From the NCBI RefSeq assembly GCF_009914755.1, contig NC_060947.1: a stretch of DNA of 64,000 nt; one strand, written 5' to 3'. How positions within the stretch are numbered: position 1 is the first letter of the stretch; the number at the start of each line of letters is the position of its first letter. This DNA is from the human T2T-CHM13v2.0 reference genome, Homo sapiens. The notes below the pieces were generated by a model that was not told where the DNA came from, made no database searches, and saw nothing but the letters and a program-made list of their open reading frames with translations. Below, in pieces: positions 1-12,979 of the stretch. The translations under genes were made by a program, and so were the position numbers.

Positions 1-150
1 TGGGAAATATTTATTGGATTTCCTCAGGTACAATCCATGCTTCGAATGGGTCAAGTAAGAGAAATTGTCCCAACATGTTCAACAATTCAGAACTCTGATC
101 AGATAACCAATCTACTTATTTAAGGGGAGCTATTAATAGACCTTTTATAA

Positions 151-516
<366 letters not shown>

Positions 517-798
517 AAGAATCACTGCTTTTGATTTAACAGTCCTGGGATCCAGTCTTAGTTTTGCTGAACAACCTTGCGCAGATCACACAACCTCTCT
601 TATCTCAGTTTTCTTACCAGTTAACTTGATGCCTAATTTACTTCCCAGGGCTCTCATGACACTCTATAGGACCACAGGCATGAAGGTTCTTCAAAACATT
701 TTAAAAAAGTGATATACATGTTTAACAATACTACAAAAGAAAAATAATGTTTATCCTTTTCATTTGTACAGCACCTGAGCATTTTAAAATGCAGTCAT

Positions 799-1162
<364 letters not shown>

Positions 1163-1581
1163 CTATTTTCAGTCTCACAGCAACCCCAGGATGCAGGCAG
1201 GCATTATTACACTCAACTTACAGATGGAATTCAGAGGTTCATATACAGAGTCAATAAAAATATATTGAGGACCTGTTATATGCCAGGCATACTGATAGGT
1301 ACTTTCCCATGTTAGAGAAGTTAAGTTAGTTGTCCAAAATCATCTGGTGGTTAAGTGGCAGAGTCTGCACTCCAACTCAGATCATCTGATTTAGGAATCT
1401 AGGGCTCAAACCCTACTATCTTTAGGTCAGTCTAATTCCTCTCCTGAGGGTATTCACATTTGATTTTTCCCTTTCTTTTATGGAATGAAATATTTTGTTT
1501 TCTGTTAGATATTTAAGGTCTCAAGAGCAGGTGCACCAAAAAACACTGGGTGCAGGCTACAAGCCTATACTTTATTTAATG

Positions 1582-1768
1582 CAGTGGTTCTCAGCCCTGG
1601 ATGTAAAATAACATCACCTGGGGAGTTAGAAAACAATTACCCACATTCTGGCCCCACAAGAAAGTGATTAAATCAGAGCCTCCAGCAGTGGAGCCTGAGA
1701 AAAAGTTTTTTTTTTTTCCTTTTAAAAGTTAATTCTAATGTACAGTTAGGGTTGAGAACCACATTGCT
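1582..1768. mobile_element. MER5A-like hAT-Charlie DNA transposon
   Basis: Terminal inverted repeats cagtggttctca ... ttgagaaccac; internal atcacctgggga motif. Confidence 0.8.
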
Positions 1769-2070
1769 ATAGGAGAAAAGTCAGTGACCCAACATCTTAA
1801 CATAGTCAATTCAACTTTTCTAGAGACTGTTCCTAGCAAATACCAAGAAAATTCAATGAGGAAAAAGGAAGAGGAGTAAATAAATATCTTAGAAATGTCA
1901 TTTGTTCAATCTGATTTAGTAGTGCAAGTAAGTTGGATGGCAGTTGATGGAAGTAAACCATTAGAGATGAAGAACCAGGAAAGAAAAGGACATGGATCCC
2001 ACTTTGAGGTAGGGAGAGAGATGGCAGACACATCTTTCTTACCTCATAAGAGTAGACACTATAAACCCCT

Positions 2071-2195
2071 ATTCATTCATTTATTCCTAGATCAAATATT
2101 TACTGAGCATCTAGTATGTGCCAGACGCTATTCTAGGTACCGTCAGTATAGCAAGCCAGATACAGACATTAGACTCATGGAACTTTCATTCTAGT
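2071..2195 (-). mobile_element. L2 LINE 3' end fragment
   Basis: attcattcatttatt...aaatatttactgagcatctagtatgtgccagac typical of the L2 3' end. Confidence 0.75.
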
Positions 2196-2224
2196 TGTGA
2201 GTGTAGAGGAATGAATGGTTCTGC

Positions 2225-2775
2225 TGTGATGCCCTGGTGACCTTGAACACCTTCACCTATGTCACACAGCCAAGGTTCAACCATGGTCTGACTCAAATCT
2301 TGGAGGAATACTCTGTGATCTCTCTGCAACATGGCAAGATAAGAAATATTGTGATAAGTTGTCACAAGCTCATTTCTCAACTGCCTCCTTATCTTGTGGG
2401 AGGGTGCCATGAGGTAGTTTCTTATTTGCCTCCCTGGTTCCAGTGAAACATAGAGCTTTGTACCATCACACACATACACACACACAGCCCACTTCAGTAG
2501 AGCTGTAGCATAAACTGCTTGGCTATAATTTAGAGTTGGCTTCTGCACACCAGAGTGACCCATTGCTTGTGTCATCTGCCATCTGACATCTCTAATTCAG
2601 TGTCATCCTGTGGGATTAGCAACATCATACTGATCTTGTTTTGCTGCCTGTGTTAGTAATAAACTGTATCCATTTGGGCTAGTTGTCTTCTTATTGGCTG
2701 AATCTATGGAAGTGTGCTAAGCTAACCTAGCAGCTACCAATGCACTGTTGCTTAAGGGGCTTGACTGTTTGAAAA
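2225..2775 (+). mobile_element. Old ERVL-class solo LTR (LTR50-like)
   Basis: Starts tgtga; ctgatcttgttttgctgcctgtgttagtaataaactg poly(A) region resembles recalled LTR50; subfamily uncertain. Confidence 0.5.
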
Positions 2776-3149
2776 ATTGGGACAGATCTGATCCATACCA
2801 GTTAGATAGAAAAACAAAATTATTTCAAATTGTGATAAATACAATGAACCCTAAAATATCAACCCTACGTGGGCTTAGAAATCACCTAAACACTGGGGAG
2901 AATGTGCAGGTTTAATTGAATAATTTCAATAAACAAACATGTAAGAAATGAGAAAAACACAAAATCATTGAAGAAACACCGTAATTGTTGTGGGCAAAAT
3001 GGATGTTAAAATTAGTGGGAGAAAAAAAAGAAGCAAAAAAAAAAATTAGTGGGAGAAAGTTTGAGAAGAAGTAGGGCTTCAAAGTATCTCTCCCATGATA
3101 TTTATTAATTACAAGGGAAAAATGATAACTTTCCAGTAGAGAAACTCAG

Positions 3150-3764
3150 CTCCCTCTGTTTGAGTGGGAACATATGAGAGACAGGAAATAAATGAATAGA
3201 GTCCTGGCCCAAGAACAGGTCACTGTGGGTCTGCTGGGTCTATGGACTTATCTGATGGTCATTTCCCTAGTTCCAGAACGTATAATTGGACTGGCAAAAC
3301 TGAGAAGTTTGCAGAACCCCTATATTGATTATTTAAACAGCAGAGTAAAATCTGTTGTAGGAGGAAAGGCAAGCAAAAGCCTCAGAAATTTCTCATCCCC
3401 TCTTACCAACATAGTAAGTAAATAAATAAATGAAATTGACAAACCACATTACATCCCAGGGAGAATTGCAGAATTTAGTGCCTTCAAAGACTTATATAAT
3501 GCAGTCCCCATCAGATACCTATTTAATTCACCAGTGTGGCTCCTGAGAAAACCAGATAAATCACGGCAAATGACAATGAAGTACCACAAATTTAACTAAG
3601 TAGTAGTAACGACTGTAACAGCTGTGTTAGATGTCATATCTTTACTGAAGTAGATTAATATACGTGTATATATGGCTACTGGTCAAGTGAATGTTTTATT
3701 TTCCATACCCCTTTGAAGGTGGATCAGAAAGAGTTTGCATTCACATAGTATGGACGTCAGCACA
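3150..3764 (+). mobile_element. ERV-L (HERV16/ERV3-16A3-like) protease/RT fragment, decayed
   Basis: Translates FNSPVWLLRKPDKSRQMTMKYHKFN*VVVTTVTAVLDVISLL, matching HERV-L [44 protein letters not shown]. Confidence 0.85.
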
Positions 3765-4218
3765 TGTGGTGAATGCTGTAATGGGGCATCCAGATTTCCC
3801 TTCAGCAATGAAGATGTTATTACTCTAGCTGCTGAAAGCACATCTAAAAGATGGCCTTTGGGTGCCAGTTCTCTCTAGAGATTACCATAGCTAAAGAAAA
3901 CTGCCTCACCCAATTGAAACCTCATACCTCTTTCCAAGGGCAGCCCACACTCAGTGATTAGTCAATGCAGGGATATAAAGGCCCAGCCCTCTCAACCTAA
4001 TTTGGGACAAGCAGTCATTCTAGTTCCAGAGCCTCCCATGGGGTTGGCTGAGGCCTTCATTAGAACTACATCATGGCTTCACTTCTCCCTCTGACTAATC
4101 CTCTTTCTTTCACCTCCTTTCCACAAGTGTTGATCTCAAGGGGCACTCCCTAATAAACACCCTGCACACTGGTCTCCATCTCAGGGTCTGTTTCTTGGGG
4201 AACCCAGACTCTGTGACA
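3765..4218 (+). mobile_element. LTR16-family LTR (ERVL)
   Basis: TG...CA ends (tgtggtgaatgc...ctgtgaca), ataaaggcccagcc TATA-like region, aataaa then ctccatctcagggtctgtttcttggggaaccc. Confidence 0.85.
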
Positions 4219-5085
4219 GTTGATGACAAGAGTGGTCTGAGAAAGCAGGTACCTTGATGGGATTTTGGATCTGGATCAACCACTGCCTAGATGACATCGA
4301 GGACATCATTAATGTTGGTAGGTGGAGCACTGATATTCCCTGACATAGGTAGAAGTGCAGGTAAAACTTTCATTGGTGAAAGGGGATACAGTAGCTATTG
4401 GGATATATTAGGCATTTGAGAACTATGGGGAGAATAGTAATCTTAAAAAAGATGGAATTTAGTAGCTATTCTGAAGTTTGATTGCTACTCTGAACAAAGA
4501 TAACACAAAGCTGAAAGTGATTAATTAGCAATTTTAAGTTAAGAGTGAAAGCCATGGAGCCTCTTTGGTAGCATATAAAGAGGCTCTTACTTCCTGCAGC
4601 AGGATGATAGAGAAAGCTAAGGACCAGGTCTAGGACTTAATTGTAAGAGTAGTCAAGCTCCAAAGGTGGCTAACATATCAACTAAGACAAGTGTGCTATG
4701 CCAGGGTCAAGGCTGTGGTTGAAAAAGAAAGAGATCTTGACACATGGGATAGGGACTTCTGGGCCTGAAAATCTTGAATTCCCAGATTTCCCTGAGACCT
4801 CTGAGCTTGTAGAAGTGGCCTGCACCTTCCTATTAAGAGCTAGCATGCCCTATTTGCTTGAAGACAATACAGAGGCCTCTCTCTTGCAAGACAACATGTG
4901 CCTGCACCCCCTCCTCCTGGACATAGGGTTTGATTTAACTAGGGTTAAATCACAATGTAACCCATATGGGGATATGCTATGCCTGCTAAGATGTGAACTG
5001 GATAAGACTCTGAAACTGCAGCATCTGGTCAACATGTACTAGCAGGAGCTGGGAAGTAGGTATGGGCAAGAATTTTGAGAGTGCT
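4219..5085 (+). mobile_element. ERV-L internal leader/gag fragment downstream of LTR16
   Basis: gttgatgacaagagtggtctgagaaagcag directly after the LTR (ERVL leader), then decayed gag-like sequence. Confidence 0.7.
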
Positions 5086-5086
5086 G

Positions 5087-5800
5087 ATTTTTTTTACTTT
5101 ACGATAGTGCAAAAGCTGTAAGCATTAAGTAGAAACTGCACTTCAAGTACCTATACATCTGATATGGTTAGGCTTTATGTCCCTGCTCAAATATCATCTT
5201 GAATTGTAATCCCCATACTTCCCACATGTCAAGGGTGGAGTGGAGGTAATTGAATCATGGGGTCATTTTCCCCCATACTGCTCTCGTGATAGTGAGTTTT
5301 CACGATATCTGATGGTTTTATAAGGAGTTCTTCCCCCTTCACTTGGCACTTCTCCTTCCTGCTGCCTTGTGAAGAAGGTGCCTTGTTTCTCTGCCTTCTG
5401 CTATGATTGTAACTTTCCTGAGGCCTCCCCAGCCATGCTGAACTGTGAGTCAATTAAACCTCTTTCCTTTATAAATTACCCAGTCTTAGTCAGTTCTTTA
5501 TAGCATTTATAGCAGTATGAAAACAGACTAAAACAACATCCATTCTGTTTTTTTTTAACTTTCAGTACCATATTCAATAAATTACATGAAATATTCAACA
5601 CTTTATTATAAAATTGACTTTGTGTTAGATGATTTTGTCTGTCTGTAGGCTGAAGTAAGTGTTCTGAGCACATTTAATGTAGGGTAGGCTAAGCTATGAG
5701 GTTAGGATGTTTAGGTGTATTAAGTGCATTTTTGACATAGTATTTTCAACTTACAATGGATTTATTAGGATGTAACCCAATCATGAATCAAGGAGCATCT
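5087..5800 (-). mobile_element. Tigger3a/MER7A-like DNA transposon interrupted by THE1 LTR
   Basis: gtagaaactgcacttcaagtacctataca | cattctgtttt...tgtaacccaatcatgaatcaaggagcatct matches recalled MER7A. Confidence 0.8.
5160..5535 (+). mobile_element. THE1 (C/D-like) solo LTR, MaLR
   Basis: tgatatggttaggc...agactaaaaca with exact 5-bp TSD acatc (5155-5159, 5536-5540). Confidence 0.95.
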
Positions 5801-6037
5801 TCACTTCCGAGTACGTGCCCTAAAAAATAGAAAGCAAGGACTCAAGGAGGTATTTCTATACCCAAGGTCATAGCAGCATTGTCCACAATAGCCAAAAAGT
5901 AGAAACAACCCAAATGTCCACTGGTGGATGAATGGGTAAGCAAAATGTGGTATATGCCTACAATGGAATCCTACTAATTCTACAACATGGATGAAACTTG
6001 GGAGGGCTTTACGCTAAGCAAAATAAGCCAGTCATAA

Positions 6038-6367
<330 letters not shown>

Positions 6368-6598
6368 ATGATTTCATTTACATGAGGTACGTGGAGTAGT
6401 CAAATTCGTAGAGACAGAAAGTAGAATAACAGTTGTTGGGGGTAGAGAAGAGGGTAATGAATAGTTATTGTTTAATGGAAACAGAGTTTTAGTTATGCAA
6501 GATGAAAAGAGTTCTGGAGATGGATGGTGTTGATGGTTGCACAATAATGTGTAGGTATTTAATGCCACTAAATTGTACACTTGAAAATGGCTAAGATG

Positions 6599-6734
6599 AG
6601 CCAGACATGGTGTCATGTGCCTGTAGTCCCAGCTATTTAGGAGGCAGAGGTGGGAAGATCGCTTGAGTCCAGGAGTTTGAGTCCAACCTGGGCAATATAG
6701 CAAGAGCCTGTCTCTAAACAAACAGACAAAAAAC
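6599..6734 (+). mobile_element. Free Alu monomer (FLAM/FRAM)
   Basis: Single monomer; TSD aaaatggctaa. Confidence 0.85.
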
Positions 6735-8309
6735 ATTAAAAAATGGCTAAAATGGTAAATTTTATGTTATGTGTATTTTACAACAAGTTTTTAAATGTTA
6801 AAAAATTCAGCCTTATTCTCATGGGCCCTATATTCTATTATAAGAGGCATATAATACCAAAGTAACAAAATAATATAACAAAATTATGTATATCCAAAAC
6901 AATTTAAAGTTTTCATTTATTCCTCCCTCTTCCCCTAAACTTCTTTCCTCTTCCCAAAGGTAATAATTGTTATCAGTTTGGAATTACCCCCCCACGCTTT
7001 TAAAAATGCATATGGGCTGATTTGATCTTTACAAATTATATGAATGTATTAAATTATCACATGTACCTTGAAATGATATACAACTATTATGCATCAATAA
7101 AACATGTGTGTATAATGCCTATATAAATATATACTGCTGTGTTTAAAAACAATTACATAAATAGTATCATACTGTATGTGTTTTTCTCTTACTTTTTCCT
7201 CTCAGCAATATATCCTGGGGATTTTTCATGTCCATTTATACATGAAACATTCATACTAATCCACAGATGGCTGTGTCCTGGTACATTTAGCCTTTCTCTA
7301 ATGAGTAGACATTTGGTATTTATCTCGTCTTTTTCTATTACAAACAATGTTCCAGCAAACATCCTTGCATCTGACTCTATGCCTCAGTCTTCAAACTTCT
7401 TTGTATAACTTGTCATCAGAAATGTGAATCTAACACTTCAGGAAGTACCAAGATTGCTATGAATATTAGTTTTTTGGACTATGGCTATATTCCAGGAAAC
7501 TAATTACTTAAGGTAAATCATGAAAGAGTCCATGAATTATGGAGCTACACAAAGATATTTCACAAAAGAGTTACAGATTAGGGAAATGGAAAGGATGAAG
7601 CATGGGTGGAGAAATGAGCTGAGATAGTGGGAATAGTCCAGATAAGCTTGACTATCTTGAGGAAGTGGTCAGATTTAAATAGCAATTAGCAGTGTTTTCA
7701 CTAGAGGAAAAGTAGAATATTGAGGTAAGATAGGATTATGTGGCAAACACAGGTTTGAATGTTTTGATAAATTAGGAGACTGAAGAGATGAGGCAAGGGA
7801 TTTAAGTGAGGGTCTTAATGTGCAATATTGGAAATTACAATCAAAATGCCCAAACTCAAGGGGTGCACTTAGGAATGATTTGTTAATACATACACAGGCC
7901 TAAGAATCATTTTTATGGAACTCATTTCCTGTAGGGCTTTTCTGAAAGAACACTGTGCTCCTTTCTAAGCTTATTTTTCTTTGTTCTGATCGTCATTCTG
8001 CCCTTACTCGCTATGTTTGTTGCCAAGATCTAGGAGGCAAAAAATAGGCAAGAGAGCATGTCACAGTCCATGACTAGACAAGCTGTGTGACTCAGGAGGC
8101 CAAACAAAGGTCAGGGCACGGAAACCTGCCTTGGCTGTGCTCTTAAGCAAATGAATGGGTCAGTTGGCCTATCTTTTACAAAAATTTATCTGTTTATATG
8201 GCAATGTGCATTTTGTAATTGTTCTTTTCTACATGATCTTATGACATGCTGATTCTACTTCCATTATACCACTGATTTTATTCTGACTTGTATTATAGTT
8301 ACTTATAAT

Positions 8310-8680
8310 TTGAGGATGCAAAATGGTGGTGTATAGGTCACTTCTAGCCTATAGATATGCTTCATTTGGCTAACACAAGCTCACATTAAAAAATAGTTGC
8401 CAATATTTCAAAAATAGGAAGGTTCATACAAAAATATGCATTCCTGATTTCTCCTGAAAAAATGAAATCTGGCACACAGGGCCTTCATTTCCTCATAGCA
8501 ACAACTGACTGGAACTGAGCAGTAGCTGCCCTTATTATAATATCAACTTGATGTTGAATCTGAAAGTTGGTTACCATTTTTCATGGAACTGACATTGTTA
8601 TTCTTACAGTGACATTAGGAAAAAAAAGTGAAATACTTTTCTATGCCCAGTTTTTATAAAAGTTGGGAAACAAAAGCTAG
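8310..8680. mobile_element. Old hAT-Charlie-type DNA transposon remnant
   Basis: gatttctcctgaaaaaatgaaatctggcacacagggcc...ggaactgagcagtagctgccc resembles recalled Charlie/MER elements. Confidence 0.45.
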
Positions 8681-8879
8681 AGTAAGGGGAGAGGACTGTT
8701 GTGCTTTAAGAATTGAAATATAGAGATGGGTTGAAAAATAGGTGAGGCTAGGAATAGAGAGCTTGGGCGAAACTGCTGAGAAGGCAGAATGACACGCACA
8801 AGGAAGTAGTTAGGTCACTTCTCTTACTAGGCTTCTCATGGGGGGCATCACTCCTAGGGCACATTGTACTGCCTCTCTG

Positions 8880-9415
8880 CCTTCAATTGAAATTTTCATT
8901 GAGCATCTACATCATATCAGTCACTGGGGAGACCGTGGTGAACAAAGCAGACATAGCCTCTGTTCTCATGGAGCTCACAATTGAACGGGGGAGCCAGACA
9001 TTAATAAACACCATGAGGGAAGATAGGAAAGTGCTAGAAAACAAACACTAAAGAAGATTTTTCTAATTTAGCGGATCAGGGAAGTCTTCCCCGAGGAAGT
9101 GACACTTAAAATGGGGCCTGAAGAGTAAGTAGGAGTTGGTTAGGCAAAGAGGAGGGGATCAAGTTTTAAGGCAAAAGGAATAGCATGTGCAAATATCACA
9201 AAACAGGCAGGAATGTGGGACTACCGTAGATCTGACAGAGGCCAAGTGGCTATTGTTAGATAATAGAGATAGTAGCTGGAAGGGTTAACAAGGCCATACC
9301 ATGCAAGGCCTTGGAGGCTATGGAAAGGATTTGTATCTTCAGAGCAGTGAGAGTCACCAAAAAGTTTTAAGAAAAATCACCATGATTTGAATTTTGCTTT
9401 AACTTTTGCTTTGGC
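8880..9415 (-). mobile_element. L2 LINE fragment
   Basis: gaacaaagcagacatagcctctgttctcatggagctcaca...cagggaagtcttccccgaggaagtgacacttaa...gcatgtgcaaa. Confidence 0.8.
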
Positions 9416-9456
9416 CACCCAGCAGTGAGCTCTTATCCACAGTTATAATTCTCATT

Positions 9457-9458
<2 letters not shown>

Positions 9459-9508
<50 letters not shown>

Positions 9509-9545
9509 ACAGGATCTCACTCTGCCACCCAGGCTGGTGTGCAGT
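9459..9545 (-). repeat. (TG)n microsatellite plus ~40 bp Alu 3' fragment
   Basis: Long pure TG run then gagacaggatctcactctgccacccaggctggtgtgcagt. Confidence 0.9.
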
Positions 9546-9929
9546 CTAGTACAGACTAGGTGGCTTAAACAACAGAAATTAATTTTCTCACAATTCTGGA
9601 GACTAGAAGCCCAGGATCAGCAGGGTCTTGGCAGGGCTGCTTTCTTCTGAGGCCTCTTTCCTTGGCTTGCAGGTGGTTGTCTTCTCCCTGTGTCTTCACG
9701 TGGTCTTCCCTCTGTGTGTTTCTGTGTCCTAATCCCCTCTGCCTATGAGGACACCAGTCAAAGTGGATTAGGGTCCACTCTAGTGGCCTCATTTTAACTT
9801 AATCACCTCTTTAAAATCTCTATTTCCACATATAGTTACACTCTGAGGTACTAGTGGGTGGGAGTTCAATACATAAATTTGGTGGAGGTTGCGGCGGCAG
9901 GGGTGGGGCGCACAATTCAGTCCAAAACA
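9546..9929 (-). mobile_element. MLT1B-like MaLR LTR (3' tip missing)
   Basis: ggtggcttaaacaacagaaatt...ggacaccagtc...cacaattcagtccaaaaca. Confidence 0.85.
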
Positions 9930-10494
9930 ATAAATCATGTGTACCAGAAGCATCTGAAGTGCCTTGTTAAGAGTGTTACGCCTCCTGTGATCCATCTCAG
10001 AGTGACAGTGATTTAGAATCTACTTGTCGTAAGTCTCGGGACACGTAGGTTGTTCAGCTCTAGAAGCCCTCAGATTGGCAGGACTTCACTCTTCTCACCA
10101 GAGAATGTATGTCTGAAGGGAAGTCATGCTTCTACCTTTGTTCCTATAAATCCTGGGATGGAGGAATTCCACTGCTTCATTCTTCTCCAATTAATCTCTT
10201 CGCACAGGTCAGGCCCTGGAATATGTACTACATTTGCTTTGTAACCCTGGACATATACTCCCATCCAGCTCTCACAAGAGCAGAAGGCATGTACTACTGT
10301 CCACTCTGGTTTTGGTTGTTTTAATGTACCTCACATTTTCACATATATGGGAACATCAATAATAATACCAATAGTAATATTAATAGAAATACTATTCAAC
10401 ATTTATTGAATGCTACTGTATTTCAGGAATTATGTTAAGCATTTTGTACTATTGCATCTAATCTTTACAACAAAGTTATGGGGGCAGGTATAGT

Positions 10495-12835
10495 TGTATT
10501 AGATTGTTCTCATGCTGCTATAAGGACATATCCAAGACTAGGTAATTTATAAAGAAAAGAGGTTTAATTGACTCACAGTTCTGTAGGGCTAGGGAAGCCT
10601 CAGGAAACTTACAATCATGGCAGAAGGGGAAGCAAACACATTCTTCTTCACAAGGTGGCAAGAGAGAGAAGAATGAGTCAAGCGAAGGGGGAAGCCCTTA
10701 TAAATCCATCAGATCTTGTGAGAACTTACTCACTATCATGAGAATAGCATGGGGGAAACTGACCCCATAATTCAGTTACTTTCCACAGGGTCCCTCCCAT
10801 GACACATGGGGTTTATGGTAGCTACAATTCAGGATGAGATTTGGGTGGGGACACAGCCAAATCACATCATTCCACTCCTGACCCCTCCCAAATCTCTTGT
10901 CCTTACATTTCAAAGCACAATCATGCCCTTCCAACAGTCCCCCAAAGTCTTAACTCATTTCAGCATTAACTCCAAGTCCAATTCCGAAGTCTCATCTGAG
11001 ACAAGGCAAGTCCCTTCCACCTATGAGTCTGTAAAATCAAAAGCAAGTTAGTGACTTCTTAGATACAATGGGGCTATAGGCATTGGGTATATACATCCAT
11101 TCCAAATGGGAGAAATTGGCCAAAACAAAGGGGCTACAGGCCCCATGCAAGACCGAAATCCAACAGGGGAGTCATTAAACCTTAAAGTTTCAAAATGATC
11201 TCCTTTGACTCCATGTGTTACATCCAGGGCACACTGATGCAAGAGGTTGGCTCTCATGGTCTTGGGCAGCTCCACCCTGTGGCTTTGCAGGGTACAGCCC
11301 CACTTCCAGTTGCTTTCATGGGCTGGCATTGTCTGCAGCTTTTCCAGGTGCACGGTGTAAGCTATTGGTGGATCTACCATTCTGGCGTCTGGAGGATTGT
11401 GACCCTCTTCTCACAGCTCCACCAGGCCATGCCCCAGTGGGGACTCTGTGTGGGGGCACCAACCCCACATTTCTCTTCTGCACTGCCCTAGTAGAGGTTC
11501 TCCATGAGGGTTCCATCCCTGCAGCAAACTTCTGCCTGTACATCCAGGTGTTTCCATACATCCTCTGAAATCTAGGCAGAGATTCCTAAACCTCAATTCT
11601 TGACTTCTATGCACCCACAGGCCCAACACCATGTGTAAGCTGCCAAGGCTTGGGGCTTGCACTCTCTGAAGCAATGGCCTGAATTATATGTTGGCCCCTT
11701 TTAGCCACAGCTGGAGCTGAAGCAGCTGAGATGCAAGACACCATGTCCCGAGGCTGCATAAAGCAGGGGGCCCCTGGGCCCAGCCCATGAAACCATTTTT
11801 CCCTCCTGGGCCTCCAGGCTTGTAATGGGAGCAGCTGCCATGAAAACCTCTGACATGCCCTGGGGACATTTTACCCATTGTCTTGGTGATTAACATTTGA
11901 CTCCACGTTACTTCTGCAAATTTCTGCAGTCTGCTTGAATTTCTCCTCAGAAAATGGGGTTTTCTTTTCTATTGCATAGTCAGGCTGCAAATTTTCCTAA
12001 CTTTTCTGCTTCATCTTGAATGCTTTGGTGCTTAGCAATTTCTTCCCCTAGATACCCTAAATCATCTCTCTCAAGTTCAAAAGTTCCACAGATATCTAGG
12101 GAAGGGGAAAAATGCTACCAGTCTCTATGCATAGCAAATTCATCTTTACTACCGTTCCCAACAAGTTCCTCATCTCCATTTGAGATCATCTCAGCCCGAA
12201 CTTCATTGTCCATATCACTATCAGCATTTTGGTCAAAGCCATTCAACAAGTCTCTAGGAAGGTCTCACAGTTTCCCACATCTTCCTGTCTTCTGAGCCCT
12301 CCAAGTCTCTAGGAAGTTTCAAACTTTCCCACATTTTCCAGTCTTCTTCTGAGCCCTCCAAACTGTTCCAACCTCTGCCTGTTACCCAGTTCCAAAGTTG
12401 CTTCCGCATTTTTAGGTATCCTTAGAGCAGCACCCCACTCTCTGTGGTACCAATTTACTGTATTAGTCCGTTCTCATGCTGCTATAAGGACATACCCAAG
12501 ATTGGGTAATTTGTAAAGCAAAGAGGTTTAATTGACTCACAGTTCCACAGGGCTGGGGAGGTCTCAGAAAACTTACAATCATTGCAGAAGGGGAAGCAAA
12601 CATGTCCTTCTTCATAAGGTGGCAGGAGTGAGAAGGATGAGAACTGAGTGAATGGGGAAGCCCCTTATGAAACCACAGATCTTCTGAGAAGTTACTCACT
12701 ATCATGGGAATAGCATGGGGGAAACTGCCCCCATGATTCAATTACCTCCCACTGGCTCCCTTCCACAACACATGGGGATTATGAAAACTAAAATTCAAGA
12801 TGAGGTTTGGGTGGGCACACAGCTAAACCATATCA
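10495..12835 (-). mobile_element. Complete THE1 (C/D-like) MaLR element: LTR 10495-10869, internal 10870-12458, LTR 12459-12835
   Basis: Two similar LTRs (tgtattag...atca), THE1-int between them, exact TSD atagt (10490-10494, 12836-12840); inserted in a MIR. Confidence 0.97.
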
Positions 12836-12979
12836 ATAGTAATCTCCATTTTACAGACGAGAAGCAGGATCAGAGAAGTTAAGTGATTTGGTGAAAGTGG
12901 TGTAGCTAGTAAATGGCAGACTCTGGATTCTAGCCCAGGTTATACACCTCTAAAGTACATGTTTTGCTACAAGGATAGG

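Noticed and set aside
12248-12362. ~55-bp tandem duplication aagtctctaggaag...ttctgagccctcc in THE1-int
   Set aside because: I recall this duplication from THE1 internal sequences, so probably not locus-specific.
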